64,000 nt of DNA. It comes from an uncultured Acidobacteriaceae bacterium (GTDB lineage Bacteria > Acidobacteriota > Terriglobia > Terriglobales > Acidobacteriaceae). Shown here piece by piece: positions 9,035-18,114 of the stretch (its first letter is position 1; each line of letters opens with the position of its first letter). The stretch covers positions 106,272 through 170,271 of the forward strand of contig CAWITV010000009.1 in the NCBI GenBank assembly GCA_963839125.1. Reading direction: 5' to 3'. A program made the translations under genes and the position numbers. The notes beneath the pieces were generated by a model. The model was not told the origin of the DNA, did not search any database, and worked only from the letters and a program-made list of their open reading frames with translations.

Positions 9035-11665
9035 TTATCCGAGCTTTTCCGTGCTGAAATTGGTGATTTGTTTTCCGGGCGAACCGTCAAGCGGTTGCTG
9101 CCAGAGATTGTCGACGTCAGCATGCCGCGTCGCATAAATTATTGCCTTCCCATCGTGCGAAAAGTGGAAAGCACCTCCACTCGGCTCGCGGTCGAACGCA
9201 AGCATCTTGAGAGTCTCGCCGGTGTCGGCCGAAATTAGCGCAAGCTTCGGAGTGTGGTCTCCGAGATGGTTCACCGTGCCAAAAATAATGGTCTTACCAT
9301 CGGGGGAAATATCAATCGAGGATTCCACCAGTTGATCTGAAAGCTTCTGCGGTGTTCCGCCGTCAATGGGAACCCGGAACAATTTGTCGGTGCCATTGTT
9401 CTTGAAGAAAACCGATTTGGAATCCGGCGCGCAAACCGGATAACCGTCAAGTGGGCCCTTGGTGAGCTCAGTTACACCGCCACTGTTAACGTCGAGACGG
9501 GCGATGTTCTGAAGAGTTTGGACGCCGGGGCTGACGTGCAAGAACACAATGTAGCGTCCGTTCCCGCATGGAGACGGCAGAGCTCCAAGCCCATTTCCCT
9601 GGTGAGCAGACACCAGTTCGGTTTGCGTGCCGGTGGCGGGGTTCAGTGTACTCAAAACCAGATCCTGGGAAATTAGCAACTGACCGTCGTTGGTCCAACT
9701 GAAACTGCCCACCCGCTTTCCCGAGGTGAGCTGCTGTGCCTGCGCATTTTCAGGTGCAGCAGCCGGAGTCGTGTAAAGGTCCCAGTGGGCTTGCCTAAGA
9801 ACCGTGACCAGCGTCCTGCCATCGGCGGCCGGGCTGAGTCCGGCATAGTCATTGATGTCCCGCGTAATTGGCTGAAAATCGCCTTTTGGATAAGAGACGA
9901 ATCCAATCTGGGTGAGGGTAAAGTTCGAGGTTGCATCGCGCCTCGATACCAGCAGGCCACTACCATCGGGCAACCAAGTTGGATCGCCCAGGATTCCGTT
10001 CGCGCCGGAAAATACTTTTTGCTGGCCGGTAGTTGCATCGGTGTTCATCAGGCTGGTGATGACTGTTCCCTGCGGACGAAAACTGCTGCAGACAATATTT
10101 TTCCCGTCGGGAGACCACGACAGTCCGGAGAAACAGTCGGTGGTGGGACCGCTGGCGAGGGTCTTTTCCTGCCCGATATCGGTGGATTGGACGATTATCC
10201 GATATTTGCCGGGATCGGGATTGTCATAGCGGAGGAAGGCAAACTGGCGTCCATCCGGCGAAAACGTAATGTTGGAATCAATGTCGGTGGCTAGCTTTTG
10301 CGGACTGCCCCCTAAAACCGGCGCGCGATAGAGATATTCGAGTTCTTCGTTGCCGGATTCGCTGCGGACGAAATACAGATAGTTGCCGTCGGGCGAGAAA
10401 CGCAATCCCCGATAGTGCGCCTGTGAGGGCGGAATAACCTCGGTATTGCTGTCTGTAGGAATATTTCGCAGCATCAGGCTCTCGGCGCCTTTATCGTTCA
10501 TCACATTCAAAATGTATTTTCCGTCCGGCGAAATTGCGGCGAGCGCGGCTTTGCCATTGTCCGTGATTCGTTTCACGGAAATGTTCTGGAAGGGCGCACC
10601 ATGGCTGCGGGATAAGAATGCATAGAGGCCATAACCTGCTGCCGCGAGCAATACAATCGCAATGAGAGCTGTAATTCCTACTCCGAATTTGTTCTGCCGC
10701 ACCGCACCGACGAGTTGGGAACTGCTCGGCCTCGAAGTCGATTGGTCGGAGGTTGTAGCGGCACGAATTGTCGATGACGAAGCCGCAATACTGCGGCCTG
10801 AGCCGGTATCGCGTTTTAGTCGCTTTAAATCTCCGCGAAGATCGGCGGCGGATTGGTAACGCAGATCGCGATCTTTCTCGAGGGCTTTACAAATAATTTC
10901 CTGAAATTTCACTGGCAGCGTGGAATTGATTTCAACCGCGGGAACTGGATCGCGCTCCAGGATGGCGTTAAAGATTATTGCGGAGGTCTTGCCCTCGAAG
11001 GGGAGCCGCCCGGTCGCCATCTGATAAATCACGGTTCCTAACGAAAAAAGATCGGTGCGCGCATCAAGCACTTCTCCGCGAGCCTGTTCCGGCGACATGT
11101 AAGCAATCGTTCCCACCGTGCTTCCGGGACTGGTAAGGTGCGCCGTGCGCGGGCTGGCCTGGGTAGCCATGGTTTCGGTCTCAGCTTGCGCCGCCTCGGT
11201 TAGTTTGGCGAGTCCGAAGTCGAGAATCTTTATCGTGTTGCGCTGAGTAATAAAAATGTTGGCGGGCTTGATGTCGCGATGGACAATGCCTTTGGCGTGG
11301 GCGGCGTCGAGAGCATCGGCCAGCTGCGTGCTGATCTCGAGCAGACGGTCTAACGGCAATGCTCCCGCGGCTAGCACGGCATCTAGGCTTTGTCCTTCGA
11401 GAAGCTCCATGGCGATGAAGGATTGACCCTCGGCGTTCTCGACCGCGTGGATAGTGCAAATATTGGGATGATTCAGCGCCGAGGCGGCGCGGGCCTCGAG
11501 CAGGAACCGATCCAGGGCTGCACTCTCGCTAGAGACTTCGGGCGGAAGAAATTTCAGAGCGACGCGGCGTCCGAGGGTAAGGTCTTGCGCCTCGTAGACT
11601 ACGCCCATGCCGCCGCTTCCTAGTCGGCTGAGAATTTTGTAATGCGATATAGTTTCGCCAATCAT
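9035..11665 (-). CDS. Ser/Thr protein kinase fused to a TM segment and TolB-like/WD40-like beta-propeller repeats; C-terminus frame-shifted
   Basis: [26 protein letters not shown] and a SPEQ-type activation loop. Many SPDGK repeats follow a TM helix. The final blade continues in another frame to 8947. The start is either the ATG at 11665 or the TTG at 11731. Confidence 0.9.
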   Translation of the reverse strand: MIGETISHYKILSRLGSGGMGVVYEAQDLTLGRRVALKFLPPEVSSESAALDRFLLEARAASALNHPNICTIHAVENAEGQSFIAMELLEGQSLDAVLAAGALPLDRLLEISTQLADALDAAHAKGIVHRDIKPANIFITQRNTIKILDFGLAKLTEAAQAETETMATQASPRTAHLTSPGSTVGTIAYMSPEQARGEVLDARTDLFSLGTVIYQMATGRLPFEGKTSAIIFNAILERDPVPAVEINSTLPVKFQEIICKALEKDRDLRYQSAADLRGDLKRLKRDTGSGRSIAASSSTIRAATTSDQSTSRPSSSQLVGAVRQNKFGVGITALIAIVLLAAAGYGLYAFLSRSHGAPFQNISVKRITDNGKAALAAISPDGKYILNVMNDKGAESLMLRNIPTDSNTEVIPPSQAHYRGLRFSPDGNYLYFVRSESGNEELEYLYRAPVLGGSPQKLATDIDSNITFSPDGRQFAFLRYDNPDPGKYRIIVQSTDIGQEKTLASGPTTDCFSGLSWSPDGKNIVCSSFRPQGTVITSLMNTDATTGQQKVFSGANGILGDPTWLPDGSGLLVSRRDATSNFTLTQIGFVSYPKGDFQPITRDINDYAGLSPAADGRTLVTVLRQAHWDLYTTPAAAPENAQAQQLTSGKRVGSFSWTNDGQLLISQDLVLSTLNPATGTQTELVSAHQGNGLGALPSPCGNGRYIVFLHVSPGVQTLQNIARLDVNSGGVTELTKGPLDGYPVCAPDSKSVFFKNNGTDKLFRVPIDGGTPQKLSDQLVESSIDISPDGKTIIFGTVNHLGDHTPKLALISADTGETLKMLAFDREPSGGAFHFSHDGKAIIYATRHADVDNLWQQPLDGSPGKQITNFSTEKLG

Positions 11666-11858
11666 AATGTGAGACTCGGAATCGTAAGACTCGGAACCCT
11701 GAAGTCGGAACCTGACTCGGAAATCCGACAATATTTGTCCGTCGGAGTTTGGAAATCATAGCCCTCGAAACGGGTGACCGTCTATCGGCAATCGAATCAT
11801 TTTGGGAAGAGACTGCATCATATTATAGACATTCGCCTTTTATTCGCTTAGGGGCGAG

Positions 11859-11866
11859 TGTATAAT
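11859..11866 (+). promoter_or_regulatory. Extended -10 element TGTATAAT upstream of recA
   Basis: Exact TGnTATAAT located 42 bp upstream of the recA ATG. No convincing -35 or LexA box was seen. Confidence 0.35.
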
Positions 11867-11907
11867 CCGCCTACTTCTACGCATTCAAAATAAGGAGCAG
11901 CAATTTT

Positions 11908-13011
11908 ATGGCTGATGACCGTTCCAAGGCAATCGACCTGGCGTTCGCGCAGATAGAAAAACAGTTTGGCAAGGGATCAATTATGCGCCTCGGGTCGAAA
12001 GAAGCTATTGTGCCCATCGCGGTGATTCCCACCGGAGCAATTTCCTTTGACGCGGCGCTGGGAGTGGGAGGATTTCCCCGCGGGCGCGTGGTCGAGATAT
12101 TCGGACCGGAATCTTCGGGCAAAACGACTATAGCTTTGCAAGTCATCGCTGAGGCGCAGAAGACCGGCGGTATGGCGGCTTTCGTCGATGCGGAACACGC
12201 GCTTGATCCCGGATACGCCAAAAAGCTGGGCGTGGATGTGGACAATCTTCTGGTGTCGCAGCCTGACTACGGCGAGCAGGCATTGGAGATCACCGAAGCC
12301 CTGGTGCGTTCCGGCGCGATCGACGTGCTGGTGGTGGACTCGGTGGCGGCGCTGGTTCCGAAAGCCGAACTCGACGGCGAGATGGGCGACAGTCATATGG
12401 GATTGCAGGCGCGCCTGATGTCCCAAGCGTTGCGGAAATTAACCGGCACGGTTTCAAAGTCTCGCACTTGCCTGATTTTCATCAATCAGATTCGCGAAAA
12501 AATTGGAGTGATGTTTGGCAATCCCGAAACTACGACTGGCGGCCGCGCGCTGAAATTCTATTCGTCGGTGCGTATCGATATTCGGCGCATTGCTGCGATT
12601 AAAGAAGGAGACGTGGTCACGGGTTCGCGCACCAAAATAAAAGTTGTGAAAAATAAAGTTGCCGCGCCATTCCGCGAAGCCGAATTCGACATCATGTATG
12701 GCGAAGGCATCTCGCGCGAAGGCGACCTGCTGGATATTGCGGCAAACTCGGGACTACTGGAAAAATCTGGCGCATGGTACAGCTATAAGGGCGAGCGCAT
12801 CGGCCAGGGCCGCGAAAATGCCCGCCAATTCCTGAAAGACAATAAAGACACCATGGCGAAGGTGGAAGTGGAAGTGCGTAAGCATCTGGGATTGACGCCC
12901 GCAGTGACGGCTCCGCCCGCCGCAGCCCCCGCGCCGGCTCCAGTGCCAAGCCGAGTGACCACGATGCCGAGTGTGAGCCAGGAGCCTGCGAAGACGGCGG
13001 CCAGGCGGTAG
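11908..13011 (+). CDS. recA: Recombinase RecA
   Basis: Walker [10 protein letters not shown], and both L1/L2 regions are conserved. Ala/Pro-rich C-terminal tail. Confidence 0.98.
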   Translation: MADDRSKAIDLAFAQIEKQFGKGSIMRLGSKEAIVPIAVIPTGAISFDAALGVGGFPRGRVVEIFGPESSGKTTIALQVIAEAQKTGGMAAFVDAEHALDPGYAKKLGVDVDNLLVSQPDYGEQALEITEALVRSGAIDVLVVDSVAALVPKAELDGEMGDSHMGLQARLMSQALRKLTGTVSKSRTCLIFINQIREKIGVMFGNPETTTGGRALKFYSSVRIDIRRIAAIKEGDVVTGSRTKIKVVKNKVAAPFREAEFDIMYGEGISREGDLLDIAANSGLLEKSGAWYSYKGERIGQGRENARQFLKDNKDTMAKVEVEVRKHLGLTPAVTAPPAAAPAPAPVPSRVTTMPSVSQEPAKTAARR

Positions 13012-13032
13012 ACGTCCGACAGTTACCCAAAC

Positions 13033-13109
13033 GGGAAGGGCCCGGCTTTCAGTCGGGCCGACCAACGATTTTTTGGCATTTATGCACGACTGAAAGTCGT
13101 GCCCTTCCC
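13033..13109. terminator. Pair of inverted hairpin elements between convergent recA and mscL (likely bidirectional terminator)
   Basis: GGGAAGGGCCCGGCTTTCAGTCGGGCC (13033-13059) and its imperfect reverse complement GCACGACTGAAAGTCGTGCCCTTCCC (13084-13109). Each is itself a hairpin. There is a T6 run between them. Confidence 0.5.
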
Positions 13110-13140
13110 TTTTGCACAATCGAACCTTAAGTTCTGAGAA

Positions 13141-13548
13141 TCAAGCGGCGACCGGTTGCGCGCAGTGCGCACACCGCCTGGCGTTGATCGGAATTTCGCT
13201 CTGACATTCCGGACACTTCTTCGTGGTCGGATCCGCTGGCGCTGATGCCTTCCGCATACGCGCAACCAAAGCATTAATAGGCGTAATCACAAAGAAATAT
13301 ACCGCCGCAGCAACCAGCAAGAACGAAATCAGGACATTCAGAAAATCGCCCAAGAGAAAAATGCTTCCGTTCACGGTAAAACTGATTGCTGAAAAATCCG
13401 GTTTGCCTACGAGGGCGGCGATCAGGGGAGTCAGCAGGTCTTTGGTGAAGGCTCCCACGACGGAAGCGAAAGCGGCGCCGATGACCACGCCAACAGCCAT
13501 GTCCACAACATTGCCGCGAAGAATGAACTGCTTGAATCCGGAAAGCAT
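13141..13548 (-). CDS. mscL: Large-conductance mechanosensitive channel MscL with C-terminal CxxC...CxxC zinc-ribbon-like tail
   Basis: FKQFILRGNVVDMAVGVVIGAAF is the MscL TM1 signature. The tail reads KKCPECQSEIPINARRCAHCAQP. Confidence 0.92.
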   Translation of the reverse strand: MLSGFKQFILRGNVVDMAVGVVIGAAFASVVGAFTKDLLTPLIAALVGKPDFSAISFTVNGSIFLLGDFLNVLISFLLVAAAVYFFVITPINALVARMRKASAPADPTTKKCPECQSEIPINARRCAHCAQPVAA

Positions 13549-13600
13549 GAGGGCCTCCTAAGAGACAGGAACTTTACGCCGGATGGAGAGACCCGGTCAA

Positions 13601-13774
13601 GGATAGAAAAGAAGGGGCAAACACAAGTAGATCCCTCGCGATTCGCAATTTATGCTTAGCCCCTGCATTTGCTCGAAATAGCATGGAGGATTAGAAAAGA
13701 AGGGGCAAACACAGTAGATCCCTCGCGATTCGCAGTTTATGCTTAGCCCCTACATTGGCTCGGAATAGCAGGGT
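13601..13774. repeat. Tandem direct repeat, 2 x ~87 bp (~90% identical), in the dnaN-mscL spacer
   Basis: Unit 1 spans 13601-13687 and unit 2 spans 13688-13774. They differ by two 1-nt indels and about 7 substitutions. Each unit carries AGGGGC...GCCCCT and an internal GCGATTCGC palindrome. Confidence 0.85.
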
Positions 13775-13787
13775 GAACTGAAAAACC

Positions 13788-14945
13788 TCAGATCCGCATC
13801 GGCATTACTATGTATCGGTACTTGTAGTCTTCGCTCTCGGCGGGACGTAACTGACCTGCGGATTGCGCGTCTTTTAATTCCAGCTTCACGTCTCCGCTGC
13901 CTACCGCTTTCAGAAAATCCAGCACGTAATGCGCATTGAAACCGATGGTCAGCGTCTCTCCGTCGTAATCGGCTTCGATTGAATCTTCCGATTCTCCGGT
14001 CTCGGTTGAAGAGGCCGATAACTTCAGTTCGCCCTTTTCCAGCTTCAGGCGTACTGCGCGGGAACGCTCGTCGGCAAATTGCGCTACTCGCGAAATCGCC
14101 GCGCTCAATTCTTCTCCGTGCAAATTGATACTCTTGCTGTTGTCTTTGGGAAGCACGGCTTCGTAGTTGGGAAATTGTCCGGTGAGTTGGCGCGAGGTCA
14201 AGAGGCGCGGCCCTATGCGGAAGAACAGCGTCGATTCGTCTTTCGCGAATTCAATTTCTTCGGCATCGGTGGAATCCAGCAAGGACTTCAGTTCGTCCAT
14301 CGCCTTCTTGGGAACGAGAGTCTTGAGTTCGCCGGAGATGCCTTCAAACTTTTCTCCATTGCGTTCGATGTGCGCGAGACGGTGTCCGTCAGTCGCTACC
14401 ATGGTGATGGATTCCGGCTTCAGCACCATCAACGCTCCATTCAGCGTGTAGCGTGATTCTTCGCTGGCTATGGCGAATCCGGTTTTGGCAATCATGGACC
14501 GTAGAACCTGAGCCGGAATTTTCACCGCACCTGCGGTCGGAAACGCGGGCAAACTGGGAAAGTTCGACCGCGCCATGCCTACCATCTTCGTATTGGACCG
14601 GCCACAGCGAATGCTCACCCAATGATTTTCCAGAAGCTTGATGGTGATATCGGCGTCGGGCAGCAATCGCACGTAGTCATAGAGCTTGCGGGCCGGAATG
14701 GTGCAGGCGCCTTCTTTTTTCACTTTTGCGGTGCAGGATGTTCGCAGGCTCAGGTCGAGGTCAGTCGCGGTCAGAGACAGTTTGTCGCCGCCGGCTTCGA
14801 AAAGATAATTCGACAGAATAGGAATTGTGGTCTTGCGCTCGACCACTCCCTGGGTTGCGGTGAGCTCTCGCAGCAATTCAAATTTGCTGACCGTAATCTC
14901 CATGGTGGCAGTGCCGGTCGCTGAGGCTATTGCTTCTGCGGGCAT
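13788..14945 (-). CDS. dnaN: DNA polymerase III beta sliding clamp DnaN
   Basis: Typical three-domain length and a C-terminal YIVMPMRI. Sits downstream of dnaA. GAAGGGA SD lies 8 nt before the ATG at 14945. Confidence 0.96.
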   Translation of the reverse strand: MPAEAIASATGTATMEITVSKFELLRELTATQGVVERKTTIPILSNYLFEAGGDKLSLTATDLDLSLRTSCTAKVKKEGACTIPARKLYDYVRLLPDADITIKLLENHWVSIRCGRSNTKMVGMARSNFPSLPAFPTAGAVKIPAQVLRSMIAKTGFAIASEESRYTLNGALMVLKPESITMVATDGHRLAHIERNGEKFEGISGELKTLVPKKAMDELKSLLDSTDAEEIEFAKDESTLFFRIGPRLLTSRQLTGQFPNYEAVLPKDNSKSINLHGEELSAAISRVAQFADERSRAVRLKLEKGELKLSASSTETGESEDSIEADYDGETLTIGFNAHYVLDFLKAVGSGDVKLELKDAQSAGQLRPAESEDYKYRYIVMPMRI

Positions 14946-15245
14946 AACGTAGGTCCCTTCTCGGCGGTGCTACTTGCACTTCTATAATTCTAAAGTAAAG
15001 ACAAATAAAACTAGTAGTAGCAGTAGGCGCGCTGGAAAAGTGGAAATCGAAGCCAACCCGCCAAGCTACAGCACTTTCGGAACAATATACTCATGTCCAA
15101 AATCAGGTCCATTCATTCCGGACCAGGAAGTAGATCTTCTCGACTCAAAATCTCTCTCCCCTGTCTTGCACAGTCTGCACAGGCAGTTCACGTCTTCGGG
15201 CAGGAATACTTCGCTACTAAGTGGAAAATACGTCCCGACCGTTTA

Positions 15246-16622
15246 CTATCCGCCTAACTGCTCAGTCATTTTGTTCAGCAGCCTGTTCAAATCTTTATCT
15301 GTCTTACGAACTGTGTCGATCTTCTCAACCGAGTGCAAGACGGTGGTGTGATGCTTGCCCCCAAATTGCCGGCCAATCTCAGGCAGAGATGCTTCCGTCA
15401 AATGCTTCGACAGGTACATGGCAATCTGTCGCGGATAAACGATCGAGCGCGAATTATTCTTAGCCTTGATCTCGACCAGGCGTAATCCGAATTGTTCCGC
15501 CACGGCTTTTTGAATGGACTCAATAGTGACTTTACGGGCCTGTGAGTCGATGAAATTCTTCAGTACCTGTTGCGTGTAAGAAAGAGTGATCTCGGCGCCG
15601 ATGAGCGAAGAGTGCGCAACCAGGCGGATGAGAGCTCCCTCCAACTCCCGAACATTCGAACGAATATTGGAGGCGATGTAGAGGGCGACATCTGTTGGAA
15701 GCGTGACTTTTTCCTGCTCCGATTTCTTTTGTAGAATCGCAACCTTGGTTTCGAGATCGGGTGGCTGAATATCCGCAATTAATCCCCACTCGAAACGGCT
15801 CCGCAGCCGGTCTTCCACCTCGGCTAATTCCTTGGGAGGCCGGTCGCTGGCGATGACAATTTGTTTCATGGAGTCATGCAGAGCGTTGAAAGTATGAAAA
15901 AATTCTTCCTGAGTACGCTCTTTCTGGGCGAGGAACTGGATGTCGTCTACGAGTAGGACGTCCACGTTGCGAAATTTGTCACGAAAGCTGGTCATCTTGT
16001 CATACCGCAGCGAGTTGATCATTTCATTGGTGAACTTCTCGCTGGATACATAGCAGATGGCAGCCTGGGGCATACGTCGTTTCACTTCGTGGCCGATCGC
16101 CTGCATGAGATGGGTCTTGCCCATGCCGACTCCGCCGTAGAGGAAAAGTGGGTTGTAGGCTTTCGAAGGACGCTCAGCGACTGCCTGGCAAGCTGCGTGG
16201 GCAAACTGGTTGCCGCTGCCAATCACAAACGCGTCGAACGTATAGCGGGGATTCAGTTGCGCCGCGCCATCCCAATCGAACCGGCTCTGCGACACTGCAA
16301 CGGCCGGTACCATACGCGGAGATAAACCACCGTCGTGGCGGACCGGCGTTGCCGCGGGATCGTCCTCGGGAGTCACGAACTGAACGTCCTGATATTCGAG
16401 GCCAAGATTGTCGAGCGCTTCCTGAATCAGATCAGCATACTTGTCGCCTACGTGGCGAAATTCCTGAGTCGGGACCCGGACAAAAAGAATTCCACCACTG
16501 GAGTGGCTATAGCGGGTCGGCTTGAGCCAGGTATCGTAAGAGTGCCGGTTGATCTTTTTTTCAAGCGCGTCGAGGATGCGCAACCAAGGGTTGGGAACAA
16601 GACTGGGAGTCGGAACCGACAT
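15246..16622 (-). CDS. dnaA: Chromosomal replication initiator DnaA
   Basis: Walker A GGVGMGKTHL, sensor motifs, and a domain IV HTH (GGKHHTTVLHS). Confidence 0.98.
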   Translation of the reverse strand: MSVPTPSLVPNPWLRILDALEKKINRHSYDTWLKPTRYSHSSGGILFVRVPTQEFRHVGDKYADLIQEALDNLGLEYQDVQFVTPEDDPAATPVRHDGGLSPRMVPAVAVSQSRFDWDGAAQLNPRYTFDAFVIGSGNQFAHAACQAVAERPSKAYNPLFLYGGVGMGKTHLMQAIGHEVKRRMPQAAICYVSSEKFTNEMINSLRYDKMTSFRDKFRNVDVLLVDDIQFLAQKERTQEEFFHTFNALHDSMKQIVIASDRPPKELAEVEDRLRSRFEWGLIADIQPPDLETKVAILQKKSEQEKVTLPTDVALYIASNIRSNVRELEGALIRLVAHSSLIGAEITLSYTQQVLKNFIDSQARKVTIESIQKAVAEQFGLRLVEIKAKNNSRSIVYPRQIAMYLSKHLTEASLPEIGRQFGGKHHTTVLHSVEKIDTVRKTDKDLNRLLNKMTEQLGG

Positions 16623-17229
16623 AATTAAATTTCTTCTGGGAACTGCCGTTGAGGTCAGTGCCCGGCACTCAATGAGGGTAGAAAAACGGCCTTTTTAATT
16701 TCCAGCAAATGCCGCATCAGTCTTGAGCGCGGCGAAAATGCTGGCGGTGGAAAAAAATTAATAAAGCAGGACAGTCCGGCATACTAGCACAATTTTTTTG
16801 TAAGCGCGGGAGTCTTCTCGCGTGATTTTTTTGGTCACTCCGATTCAACACGCGGTGAAAAAATTCTGTCAAGTAGCAGGGATATAACTGCCGCAAAACT
16901 GTGCAGTCGCGAGAGAGAATTCCTCATTCGATTCAGCAAGATTGAATCGGGAATCGTTGGAGAGAAAATTTCGCCGAGTGTTCGGCAGCTGCCCGGCAGG
17001 CATGAATCGAAACTGCATCTGTTGCACAAGAGACAAAAAATATTTTTGCGGGCCAGCATGAAATGGCTAGAAGGGTAAATGAGAATATGAAGACAGAGGG
17101 TAAAAAGGGAGCATTGAGTTAGTCCATTCGTCGAGGTTTGCCGCTATGCTCTGGGTCATTTATACTTGTCCTTCGCTAAATTGAGCTTGCCGCGACCTTG
17201 TTTTTCCAGATCAGGAGCCGTAATTTTCC

Positions 17230-17385
17230 ATGCCCAAGCGCACATTCCAACCCAACCGTCGTCACCGGTCGAAGACGCACGGATTCCGTACACGCATGAA
17301 GACCAAGAGTGGACAGGCGGTAATCTCTCGCAGGCGAGCAAAGGGTCGCAAACGCGTAGCAGTTAAGCCCGGATTCCGAGAGTAG
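17230..17385 (+). CDS. rpmH: 50S ribosomal protein L34 (51 aa, below the ORF-track cutoff)
   Basis: My translation is [51 protein letters not shown]. This is the canonical L34 sequence, in the canonical position before rnpA. Confidence 0.95.
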   Translation: MPKRTFQPNRRHRSKTHGFRTRMKTKSGQAVISRRRAKGRKRVAVKPGFRE

Positions 17386-17431
17386 CCGGGTTCTTGTGGA
17401 TTCCCTACAACCGCAGTCTGGATCGTAATCG

Positions 17432-17845
17432 GTGAACGCAGGCTCCGGCATCAGCGCCCGGTTACGGCCCGCGGCCCGGCTGCTCCGGCATGCGGATTTC
17501 GACCGGGTATATAAAGAGGGTAAGCGGCACTTTGCCACCCACATGACAGTTTTTTATCTTCCGCGACTCGAAGGAGGCGTCCCCAGGATTGGAATTACGG
17601 TCAGCCGGGCCTTAGGCGGTGCAGTGGATCGAAACCGAATGAGACGGCGGTTAAGGGAAGCCATTCGGTTCAATTACTCCAGTTTTTTGTCGTCAGTCGA
17701 TGTAGTGATAAATCCCAAAAAATCTCTTTTGAAGGCGGAGTTTTCAGAGTTGCAGCAGCAAGTCCGGCGTGCATTTGAAGTCATTGATAGGTTCCAAGGA
17801 TCCGGACCGGCGAGCAGCAGCCCTTCCAAAAGCTTGAATTCTTAA
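17432..17845 (+). CDS. rnpA: Ribonuclease P protein component RnpA
   Basis: LLRHADFDRVYKEGKR, the RNR-like motif NRMRRRLRE, and synteny rpmH-rnpA-yidD-yidC. The GTG start is uncertain. Confidence 0.88.
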   Translation: MNAGSGISARLRPAARLLRHADFDRVYKEGKRHFATHMTVFYLPRLEGGVPRIGITVSRALGGAVDRNRMRRRLREAIRFNYSSFLSSVDVVINPKKSLLKAEFSELQQQVRRAFEVIDRFQGSGPASSSPSKSLNS

Positions 17846-17846
17846 A

Positions 17847-18107
17847 ATGAAAAGCACTTCAAAATATATTGCTCTGCGATTGCTCTACGGGTACAAGATG
17901 ATGGTGTCGCCGTGGATGGGAGCAGCTTGCCGCTATCGTCCGACTTGCTCGGAGTACGCAATCGAAGCCGTGGAGCAGTACGGTGCAGTTAGAGGAATGT
18001 TGATGGCGGGAATGCGGGTACTGCGTTGTCATCCATTTGCTATCGGCGGTTACGACCCGGTTGCGCCGAATGTGATCGCGAATCCACACTGCAACACGAA
18101 TCACTGA
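17847..18107 (+). CDS. yidD: Membrane protein insertion efficiency factor YidD
   Basis: CRYRPTCSEYAIEAVEQYG and RCHPF motifs. Confidence 0.93.
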   Translation: MKSTSKYIALRLLYGYKMMVSPWMGAACRYRPTCSEYAIEAVEQYGAVRGMLMAGMRVLRCHPFAIGGYDPVAPNVIANPHCNTNH

Positions 18108-18114
18108 GCGAACA

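Noticed and set aside
13601-13774. Tandem repeat as a possible CRISPR array.
   Set aside because: There are only two directly abutting 87-bp units, with no spacers, no cas genes and divergent copies. It is not CRISPR-like.
14946-17229. Canonical E. coli-type DnaA boxes (TTATCCACA).
   Set aside because: I found no perfect or 8/9 match by eye. Only 6-7/9 GTGGAAA(A) variants are present, so I report the origin as context-based inference only.
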